Origin: Paramecium tetraurelia
Taxonomy: Eukaryota
Length of the DNA stretch: 64,000 nucleotides
Assembly (NCBI GenBank): GCA_000165425.1
Contig: CT868463.1
Location: forward strand, 62,001-126,000
Reading direction: 5' to 3'
The first letter of the stretch is position 1; each line of letters starts with the position of its first letter. Shown piece after piece: positions 53,177-64,000 of this stretch. The position numbers and the translations under genes are program-made. The notes under the pieces are model-generated. The model saw only the letters and a list, made by a program, of their open reading frames with translations. It did not search any database and was not told where the DNA came from.

Positions 53177-53702
53177 TCTTTAACAAATTTATAAATAAGA
53201 AGTTAAGCCTAAAAAGACTTCAAGCATACAAAAGTATAAAGTTATTTAATATAAGATTTACCAAAATCAATAAGGCCTGCAAATGTCCTTAAATCATTCT
53301 AGTCATTCAAGATCATCTCGTTTAAGACTAATCAAAAATCTCAATTGATTATATGACTACTACAGTTACTTAACTGAAAAAGAAATAGTAAGAATTGGAG
53401 GATGAAGAACAATCTTAAAAAATCTAAACAACTTAAAAAGCTTTAATTTTCTAAGATTAATCAGAATAAATTTCTTTATTGTAAAACAGCAAATTATTTC
53501 AGACGAAATCCCAACCACATCAATGATGATATTTATTCAAATATTAAATACATTTCTTTTTGATACTAAATGATGAGACTATAGAAATAATATTAAAGTA
53601 ATTCAATTTTGAGTGTATATATTATTTATTCTTTTATTTTTTATATAAAATTATAAAATAGAGAAATATATTCTGTAATTTTTAATCGTTAAATTATTTA
53701 AA

Positions 53703-54394
53703 ATGGACTCACTTTTTGCTCTATTTGATCAATTCTTTAGAATAAATCTGACATAATATCCATAGAATTAATAAGCCTATTTGTCTGAAAGTTGGGAATA
53801 ATTTTTATGCTTATTATAAACATAACCATTGGATTATGGAAAAATATATACATTGATAAATAGGATAAATAGTGAGGATTTGAAAGTAGAAAAGAATGAA
53901 AGGTAGAGTTCAAGTCAAAGATACATCGCTAGAAATATTACAGCAGCCTCATCTCCAAGGATTGTCTCATCATCAGTATCAAAAAATAGTAACTACATAA
54001 ATCTATATTTAAAAAGGCACCAATGTTTTATCCAAAATAGCGTAACTAGATAGTGTTGCCAGTCCAAAAATAACAGTTTCTAATCTTGCAAGTTAATAAT
54101 CCTTAACAAATAAAACATCCTTGTAATAAAATGTTAAATAATAAGTAAGACTTTAACTCAAACTAGTAAATGACAGATGAATTTAATCGTCACTTATTGC
54201 TGAGCAAAATTAAAGAACTTTAGTTTAACTTTTCTGTCTCAACAGATAAATTATATGCCATAGCCAGAATAACACATACGAGAGCCGAAAATTAGCCTAC
54301 ATCAAAATCTCCAATCAAATACCCATTATCATAATATATAAATAAATCAAGAGGAAGCAATCATTCAGCAGAACATTATAAAATTGTAGTTTGA
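53703..54394 (+). CDS. Hypothetical protein
   Basis: Open frame with one 22-nt intron; S/P/Q-rich middle. Confidence 0.65.
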
Positions 54395-54542
54395 ATACAT
54401 TGAGTTCTTTTCATTTATCTTAAGATAATGTTATAATATCAATTTTTACAAGTAATTGTGAACAATTCATCTCAATTTAAAGATGTTTTGCTTTTATTTT
54501 ACTCACTTAATATTTTATATTAATAAATTTAATAATCTCATT

Positions 54543-56544
54543 ATGAAATAACGATAATAAAATGATAATTTAAATTTTACACGAACAAATGAAAAACTAA
54601 TGAAAGCACTCGTTGAAGAATTTTAAGCCTCGAGTAAAGGTAATTAAAATTTATCTAAATTAAGAATAGCCAATAAGCTTTTAAGAGTTTTTATAAAATA
54701 TTATGGATGAATACGATAATGAATAAGCAAATGATACGTAGCAATATGACCCTAAAAACTACTTTAAAGTACTATTTCAAATTGATTAAGGATTCCTATA
54801 AGCATATGATTAGTTTAGTTTAGCCATTCAATGATTTAGAACAAGGTGAAATTAATTATAATAATCCTCAAAAATAACAAGAAATTCAAGACTTATCTAA
54901 AAATTATCAATTAAAAATAAAATCTAATAGAGATCCAAAACAAAAACAATTACAAAGTTTTGGTCTTTAAGATGAGTTGGACTTTTAGAGGATAAATGAG
55001 GAGTAATAGGATTAATCCTATTTCAGCATTGAAGATAATAGACCAATTTAACGCTTAACAAACTAAGAGTTTTATCAAATTAGAGATGAGGAAAGCTTAG
55101 AAAAGAAATAAAAAATGCATGCTGAGTATTTAAAGAAGAAAGGTAATTTCTTATTAGCGTGCTAAAGAGATAATGTTAAATAGGCTGGCTAAAGAGTTCC
55201 TTTAGTCTAAGTCAATATTAATCAATAAGTTAAATAGTTGAAGAAATTCGTTGATACGAATCTTTATAATAAATAAATTGAAACTTTAGAAGAAATAGAA
55301 GAGCCTTAGGAAGAAGAATACGAGAATGCCAAGAAATACTTTAAAAAATAAATTGAATAACTTTAAAACTCAATTGAATATTATTAAAATGAAAATGAAA
55401 GACTAAGAAAAGAGAAACTAGATATAAATCATCAATTTTAAGTATTAAAATACGAAAAAGATATGTTTGAGTATAATAAATTCAATTAAATATAAGAATT
55501 TGAAGAATTAAAAAAGAAAGAATTAGAAAAAATTAAAAAAAAATAAACCGTTCTGGATATGATTCAAAAGACACATTCAAATGAACCAAACCACATGTTA
55601 ATCAAAGAGATTGAAGAATTGAAGAAATAAATTGAAGATCTCAAAGTAGAAAGCGATAAAAAGTAAGAAAAATTAAAGGAAAAGAAATAAAAGTATTAAA
55701 AGTATTACAAAGATAAAATTGAGTAGACAAAATATTTAGAAGAATAAATTAATAGCTATTAATAAAAAATTGAATAATTAACTTAAATAATTAATGAATA
55801 TGAATCAAATACTGAAGTTTAAGAGTTGATTGAAAACTAAAAAAAATAGAAACTAAAAATTTAAGAATAAGAAAATGAGAAAAAAGCTTAAGAGCAAAAA
55901 AACCAACAAGAGTAAGTTTAAGAGATTGTAAAACCTGTTCCATTATTTGAGTTGATATAGGATAAAGAATTTAAATTTTCAATTGATGATATCAACAAGA
56001 AAATATATATTGAAGAATTTTCATTTGATTACAATTCATTTTACAAAGATTATTTAAAGTAATCCAAAAAAAAGGAAAAACTTGTAGAAAAATAATAACG
56101 ATCAGATGGTAAAATATTAAAGATATTTAAATCTGGAAAGAAGGTTGTTGAGGGAATGAAAGGATTTATAAAAGAAATATTTCCTAATGATTACGTTATT
56201 GTTCACTTCCCCAATTAAGATATTAAGCAAGAGCTTCCAAATGGAATTAAAATTTATTATCATTCAAAAAATAATTCAACTCAAAGTACATTGCCTTAAG
56301 GAATTTCAGTAAGATTAAATTATATACTTAGGTGACTTATTTTAGCAATAAGTAATTGGAAATTATCTTTGTTGATGGTAGTAAATAGATATTATTCCAA
56401 GACGGGACCAAAAAATTTGTTAATTATAAAGGAGAAGAGGAGATTTTTTATCCTGATGGAGTTAAATAAACCATAAATTATGATAGAATTAAGAAAACAG
56501 AATATCCTAACGGGAATGTCAAAGTAGTGAATTTAAATAAATGA
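54543..56544 (+). CDS. SAS4: SAS-4/CENPJ-like centriole protein (coiled coil plus TCP10/G-box domain)
   Basis: C-terminal repeated hairpins HFPNQDIKQELPNG, YFSNKQLEIIFVDGSKQILFQDGTKK, FYPDG, EYPNG. Confidence 0.8.
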
Positions 56545-56611
56545 AATTATTTCTGATTAAATATATTAGAATTACTTAATTAAACTTCGATATATATTTG
56601 ATAAAAAATAT

Positions 56612-57196
56612 ATGAATTTAATAATTAAAGGCAAAGAGCTTTAATTGTATTTTTCCAAAGAACAACTCAATAACATGGTTGCCAAGACGGCAAATTAAAT
56701 CTCAGCTGATTACTAAGAAAAGCACCCAATTTTTATAGGAGTTTTAAATGGAGCTTTCATGTTTATGGCAGACTTGATAAGAGCTGTTGATCCTTAGCTT
56801 AAATTTTAAATTGATTTTATCAAATTATGTAGTTATGATGGTATTTCATAATTCATAAGGATTAGGTAAATAGTCGACTGGAATAGTAAAGGCATTAAGT
56901 GGATTGAAAAATGACATCAAAGGTCAACATGTTATAATAATCGAAGATATTATTGAGACTGGATTGACTATTACAGCAGTCATGGAAGAAATGAAGAAAC
57001 TAGAACCAGCTAGCATTAAATTATGTGCTTGTTTTCTTAAGACTGGTAAAATATAAATATATAATTAGGAAGATAAAAAATAAATATCCAGCCAGACTAC
57101 CTATGCACAGAAGTAGAGGATAAATTTATAATTGGTTATGGATTAGATTGGGATGAATACGGAAGAGGATTGGATCAATTATATTATATTTAGTGA
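56612..57196 (+). CDS. HPRT: Hypoxanthine phosphoribosyltransferase
   Basis: IGVLNGAFMFMADL, DFIKLCSYDG, VIIIEDIIETGLT, FIIGYGLD; two introns. Confidence 0.93.
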
Positions 57197-57435
57197 TTAT
57201 ATTTTATTATAAAACATTTAACCAACAACATATCTAATTTAAATAAAATTCCAATCTTTGTCGATTTCATCAATCATGAATTATATATAAATTTTGAGGA
57301 ACTCTTTTGAACCTTGAAAGAAAGTACTTTATGTTAGTTTAAATGCATTTTTGTGTAACAGTATCATTTAAATGCTAAGAACAAAATTATTAAATGTGAT
57401 TTAACGTATTAATTATATTAATAAATATTGTAAAT

Positions 57436-58090
57436 TCAATTTTTTTATCTTTTTTAGCAATTGACAAATAATTTTAGTATAATCTAAGGTTTAATAATAA
57501 ATTAAGGTCGATCCAATGGAGGAAGGTATTATTATAACTACCTCTGCTTTAGTAACCATTTTTTACTTACTACTTTGAGATTCATTTAATTGATGTCTTT
57601 TAATTACAAACTAATTTTTGAGTTATTATGAGTATTGATTGAACTTTGAGTCATTTGCCTTTCTTTGTTTATAATTTGTTTCTAGTTATTATAATTGGGT
57701 ATCAAATATTTAAGTTTGTTTTTAATATTTTCTCTGCCCATCTTAGCCAAACTTTCAGTCTAATATTGCTTTAATTATTTCATTAATCTAAATAATAATA
57801 TTAGACTAATAGACTTATGCTTTTATAGACTGAAAGTTTGAGTAATGTAGTGTCTATGTTTATTAGATAACTATAATGTATTTCTGCTTATTTTCAAGTA
57901 TCTTTAAAAATAAGCTACTTATATTTTCCAATCTCAATATCGTTCATACTTTTGATTATTTGTTCCTATCCTCTTATAATCTCTCTTTATTCTTAAAACT
58001 ATCGAAGAAATGTAGATCCCCATTTTTATTTTGTTTTCCATAATTTTAAGAATAAACCATTGTGCTACCCTAGTTGTTTTTAATTTCATT
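57436..58090 (-). CDS. Hypothetical protein or decaying gene; boundaries uncertain
   Basis: Coding-like K/Q-rich frames that need unusual introns to join. Confidence 0.3.
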
Positions 58091-58186
58091 TCTTTTTGAC
58101 TTTCTTAAATTCAAAGTCCCTATTATTTGTATTGTTTAAATCATATAATTTATAAATGAAAATAAGAAATCAGTTTTATTATAGAA

Positions 58187-61100
58187 TCATAATTCTGGAG
58201 TTACTTTGCTTGTGCTTTTAAATTAATTTTGGTTCTCATTCTCATTATCTTAATTCAATTAATCTGTCATAATATCAATAGGAATATCATTTTTCAAAGA
58301 ATTCTTAATCAAATAAAACTTATTTAATTAAATGATAATCATAGCCAGATTATAACAAATTGATTCATAAATCAATTAAGCTATTTGATTCTATGATAAT
58401 AAAATAATTCCTAACATAACTAAATTAGCTATATTAACGGCAATTTTAACAAGGAATAAAAAGCTAAATATTCTTTTTAATTTGCTTTCACCTTGAAAAT
58501 GAACAGAAAAGATTTTAGAATTTGTGATTCCTGATTTATGGATAAAGATTGTCTTCCAATCAATGAACAAAATAATGACTTTTAATACTTTGGCAACTCT
58601 ACTACGTTCTTAGCATTTCTAATAAGCAATATCTACTTGCAATGGTAATTTAATTATTTGATAAGCATAAAGTTGTTAAACGATGGCAACAAAACATAAA
58701 GCCAATGAAATAATAGATTAAGAAATGCTGTAGTTTATTAGAATTATAGCAAAAAGGCTAAATTGTAAAATCAAATCAAAAATACCACTAAAAGCCAAAA
58801 AGGCATTGTTAAAATCAGTTTATTTCCTAAATATATTTCTAAGTATAAATACGATTGCAAAAGATAATACGATAATTGCAAATATTTGAATATCATAAAT
58901 TTATTGTTACTTAATAGTTGTATTTGTCAAATTTGTAGTACTATTATTACTATTAGTATTATTATTATGATTAGATGTATTATTTGTAGAATTTTGATTT
59001 TAAGTTGAATTTGATATTATTGTCCATATGCAAAATCCATCGATCAGATCATAGCCATCACTGCATCTAGAGCATAACACAGTATCAATATTACTGCATT
59101 CTAAACAACTCAAACCTGCATTGCATCTTTAACATTGGTTACCAATCAAAACAGTTTTGTTAGGACACTATTTCAAACATTAACCTTGAAATAATATATA
59201 TGGAGCTTCACATTTATCACAAAATTCCTATTAATTGCAAATTTAGCATTTTGATTAAGGGCACACAAAAATTGAATAGAGATCATATTCTTTAAATTCC
59301 AAAGGATTATTATTTTGATCGTAACTTTACAATGAGAATGTATAATACTCTTTTCTTTGTTAATAAACTGGATTACTAACATTTTACATTTTTAATAGAT
59401 GCATTCCACTCTATACTTCTTTATTGAAATAGAATAATAAACTGTATTTCTAGTTTTACTTAAAGATTTTTATATTAGAAATGTCTTCATCCCCAGAGAC
59501 TTGGATCACTTGTCCTTATAAAAAATCAATGCTTAATTCTGTAGATGATAATTATAGATACCCATTAGCAGGTATAGTGATTGCATTTTCAAAAAATAAA
59601 TGATAATTACTTTAGCTTGAAAAATCAGTATTTATAGGATCAAATGTGAATTCCAGAAATTCAGATGATTATGATTATTATTTAATTTTAAAAGCACACG
59701 ATGATTACTATGATAGGTAATTGTTTTATGTGAAGGCACTCATCTATAAGGTTAAGTATTCTCGCATTATCTTTATTTTAGTTATCAGAATACTGTAACT
59801 CATACTATGATGTAGAGAACCACTGGTGATTAAGATCTTAATTTATCCATCAGTGAATTCACATTATAGACTGACTAAATTGTTATTTATTTAGCAGATG
59901 GCATCACCTTCAATTTCCAAATAGTTATCAAACTTAAAAATTAAATACTCTTAATTTAATATATCCTATGAAGGAATTAGGATAATATTCATTGGTACTG
60001 TTTATAATTTCCTAGTTTAAGATTACAAGGATATTTAGAATTGATTGAATTCTCTCTGGTACACAGGTTAAGTTGATTAAGCTTGTGTTGATTATGTAAG
60101 GGTTATGCTGTTGTTGAATTGTCTGATTGATTATATAATTAATGATTGTAGTGATCTTGGATATGGAAAATATTAAATTTCTAAATGAGCTGAGCTTTTT
60201 GTAAATAGTATTCCGAAAATTGTTAATTTATTTTGATGTATTTAACAAGTGTAAGATGCTGTATCAAAATAGCATTCTATTTATTTGGTAAGTTAATTGA
60301 AATTTATATTTGATACATCAAATATTATTTCAACGTTAGTCAAGTATGGATGCTATAAGTTAAAATTTATATCTAAGTTCATATTCGTATATGAGTTTGT
60401 TATCAAATAACCAAGATTAAAGTTACTCATAGTTATAATTTCATGTACTATCTCTATTTCAATTTAATTCTGATTACTTGCATATACTTCATTTAATTAT
60501 ATTATTTATAAATCCAAATAACTAAACTTAGATGGCATAATTGGATTAATGATATTCTCAAACTCGATTATATATTCTGATTGTTATTAGGCGAATACTC
60601 CATATAAACTTAAAGTATTACCATTTAAGACTTAATTTAGTGTTGAAATTTTGGATGTATTTAAATTCTCATTTAATTTAACCAACAATAAGGCTAAAAT
60701 ATAAATTTCATAATTTACAATCTTTTTATAGTACAATATCGATTCCAAATTTAACAATGGTTTTAGCACTTTTGGTGATATAGTTATTTGTAGTATCAAT
60801 TGATAACAACTTGATGTTATTTGGAATGAAATTTAAGATCCCTTTACCATACTAAATCTATAATTAATCGTCTGTAAGGTCAACTATTTCAGTCAAAAAG
60901 TAAAAACATTGTTCTTGAGAAGGAATATCAGAATTCAGATAATTTTCTATTACTAATTTGATATCATAATTAGTCTATGGCTAATTGATAGTTAATTTTA
61001 ATAATTAATTACTCTTGTTAATAATGGTGATAACCTCTACTAACATATTAGTATCTTTTGATGTAATAATGAGATCTTCGGATGATTTATTAGGAATATA

Positions 61101-62066
61101 TATTTCTAATTAAAGGTACTAATTAAATCTTTAAGTATGAATTGTAAAATCAATCTACGATAATGAATTAATGTAATTATTTTATTAGGTAAGAATAATT
61201 TACGATTTTTTCTAGTTTTTGACTTAATAGTTAAAAAAATTATTTGAAGAAACTATTGTTGTATCTAAAAATTGAATTGGCTATATTACTACTTCTATCA
61301 CAAATGTTCCAACATAATAAGGATTCAGAAAACCTTTTAATATAAATATTATCAATTTATCCTTGCTTTTTTCTACGAAATCATCCTCACTTTGTCGAAT
61401 ATATATATTATTATTTTTTACCCAACAATTTAAATTCTTTCCGATGTTGTCAATTCCTTCACATGATGAAATTGTTTGATCAAATGCATAAGAAGAATCA
61501 AATTTGCAATCACAATAACATCATAAAGATGGTTATTATACCTACTTTAAAACTAAATAGTTAAATCTGTGTATTCTTATGTTATTGATGATCCACTTGA
61601 AATTTATAAAGAATTCAAAAATCTCTTTCCTCTAGATAGCTAAAAGGTGTTTATATCTTAATTGTTGACCCTCACATCATAATTAAGAATTTGGTTGAAA
61701 GTAGGATAGTAAAAATCAGTGATTTCAAATAGTACATCTAATTAGGAATAAACCACCTATCCTTTATCCAAAGTGACACTAACTGTATTAGTTTCAAAAT
61801 TCATAGTAAATATGTATGGGCTTTGTTAATCCGCATTTAAAATTATTGGTGTTATCTAGGGAGATAAATGATTTTATTACTGTTGATGTTTGTAAACACT
61901 TAAGTTCTTTGAGGTCGATAGATATAGTTTTTATTTTATCACTAGATGTGATTATAAATTTAATTGAAAAAAGGTCATCTCTTTCATTAAATTCCTTAAT
62001 TACAGCTTGAGATTAAACCGTTAAAGTCTTGACCTAATATATTGTAAGAAGAAGAAGAGCAAGCAT
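58187..62066 (-). CDS. Large surface membrane protein: signal peptide, beta-rich ectodomain, Cys-rich repeats, several C-terminal TM helices
   Basis: MLALLLLTIYQ signal; CxxC repeats at ~59030-59420; hydrophobic segments ~58570-58890; ends KVTPEL-TGA. Confidence 0.75.
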
Positions 62067-62610
62067 TTTTTATTTATATATTAACCAAAAATCACTTTAG
62101 ATTTATAAAATGCTAATTTTCATTTTTCAACCAAAAAGTTATTAAACTTCAGCGAGAACTAAAAATTCATTTTTTGCTTTGAAAACTTACTTTTGTATCA
62201 ATTAGCCAATTACAGGACTCCAAGCAGATCACAATACATCATTTGAAGCTGTTTGTAAATATCACCATGCATTTCAAGAGAAGGCAGAATAAGAATATAA
62301 AATTAAATAACACAATTTAACGTATACATAAAAATTATAAATTTATGCTGATATATAATTATTATGAAATACTATTCATCTTATTAAATCAAGTTCTGTT
62401 GAAATTGAATAAATCAGCTTAGAAAATCCAAAAAATTCTTAATTTGTTAAAAATTACAATTATATATATAAATAGAGTAAATTTAAAATATATTGTTATT
62501 CTTACTCTATAAAAGCAGATCATCTTTAAAGTTATTTAAGGTTAATAATCAAAATGATTATAATATTTAAGTAAATGTGATTGAATGTGAACCAAAATTA
62601 AAATTTATTT

Positions 62611-63823
62611 ATGAATTAAGATAAAGAATGGAGTATAGATGGTTGGAAAAAGCATTCGGCCTTATAGTTACCAATATACGCAGATGCTCAACTATAGTAA
62701 TGATATGTTTGAAATTAGTTAAGATACTCTTTAAAAAATAAAAAATCTTCCAGGAATCTTAAATTTTGAAGATATCAATGCTTTCAAGAATTAAATGATT
62801 CGAGTTAGTAAAGGCGAGAAATTTGTTCTTTAGTTGGGTGATTGTGCAGAAGTATTTGATGAATGTACCGAAAAACACTGGAAAGAGAAATTTAGTTTTT
62901 ATGATGTATAAAAAACAAAGTTATGTAGCGCATGGGCTAAATTTTAGATGCAATAGTTATTGGTAGGACTTGTGGATAATTTGCCAAACCACGGTCATAG
63001 TTACTTGAAAAGGATGGCACATTAAATTATAGAGGCGATTTAATTAATTCATTAAGCAGAGATGAGAGAGATCCTGATCCTTCGCGTTTATTATTGGGAG
63101 CACATTACACTAAAAAGGGTATAGAGACTCTAAAACAGTATGAGGGCTCACAAATTTGGGTTTCACATGAATGTTTACATCTTGGATATGAATCAGCATT
63201 TGTGAAATAAAATTAAGATAAGTAGTATTACTTATCGAATACTCATTTTCCTTGGATAGGGGACAGGACAAGATTGCATGATCATGCACATTCAAATTTT
63301 ATTAAGGGCATTTACAATCCTGTTGGAATTAAGGTAATTCTTAAAATCCATTTAGATTGGACAAACAATCAATAAGACAGAATTTGTTAATGTGTTTAAA
63401 TTAATAAATCCAAATAATGAAGATGGAAGAGCATTTGCTATTATTAGATTAGGCAAAAATAAATTAGACAAATTGAAAGACATAATTCAGTGGAAATAGG
63501 AGGAAAAGTTAAATATTTCATTCTTTTTGGATCCTATGCATGGTAATAATCTTGATAAAGGTGGTCGTAAGATTAGGAAAATAGAGGACATTATGTATGA
63601 AATCTAATAATTCTTTGCAATTCTTGAACAAGAGAATGAATCTCCTGCAGGATTACATTTGGAGTGCACACCTTATGATGTGACTGAATGTATAGAAAAT
63701 GATGAAGACATCAATCCTATTAAATATACTACTGCTTGTGATCCTAGATTGAATTCCAGACAAACTAGAAAAATTATAATATTTGTTAATACTCTTCTTA
63801 AAAAATTAAGGAATAAATAATGA
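62611..63823 (+). CDS. Class II DAHP (DAH7P) synthase
   Basis: LQLGDCAE, GRTCGQFAKPRS, YRGDLIN, SHE, WIGDRTR, NPVGIK, DPMHGN, GLHLE, VTEC, YTTACDPRLN; three introns. Confidence 0.95.
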
Positions 63824-64000
63824 GAAATTATTTACATAACTTATATATATTAATATAATTATCAAAATGATGATGAAATACTATTTTTCAAACATCATTT
63901 AACCAGAAATCACTACCTTAAAAACAGGCCTCACATTATACTCAAAATATTCAAACCAACTTTATGGGAGTTATTGCTTTATGTTTAGAGGAGGTATTCG

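Noticed and set aside
51571..53292. ORF-track entries made of X residues, and short antisense ORFs elsewhere in the track
   Set aside because: Artefacts of N runs and of using the wrong genetic code
62110..62366. 85-codon + ORF divergent from the surface protein gene
   Set aside because: No motif support; cannot be distinguished from a chance ORF
1..64000. CRISPR arrays, tRNA/rRNA genes, telomeric repeats, intact transposons
   Set aside because: None seen by eye; tRNAscan-SE and Infernal were not run

Overview
AT-rich, gene-dense ciliate macronuclear DNA, most likely Paramecium. TAA/TAG read as Gln, TGA is the only stop, introns are ~21-30 nt GT..AG, and intergenic spacers are often under 70 bp. 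The supplied ORF track uses the standard code, so it fragments nearly every gene; I retranslated by hand with the ciliate code. About 35 genes: two kinesins (one with deleted switch loops), an Arf-like/RSP3/TerD-like fusion, ARL6/BBS3, CEP19-like, SAXO-like, DRC5/TCTE1, SAS-4/CENPJ-like, a PCBP-25-like EF-hand protein, a Tul1/Dsc1-type RING E3, SKP1, PIG-Q, a hybrid histidine kinase, uridine kinase, R2R3-Myb, a PTB/hnRNP-L-like protein, a bacterial-type HPRT and a short class II DAHP synthase. Also a calmodulin-like pseudogene, a decayed SWIM finger and three N-gaps. Best leads: (1) three dispersed paralogs of a divergent ubiquitin-like protein with three different C-termini (GGR, no GG, LRGG) and a shared upstream motif; (2) a head-to-head pair of degenerate ATP-grasp-like genes with start codons as little as 10 bp apart; (3) the three-domain radial-spoke fusion. 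Family calls come from motif recognition, not database searches; intron and start coordinates are hand-derived.
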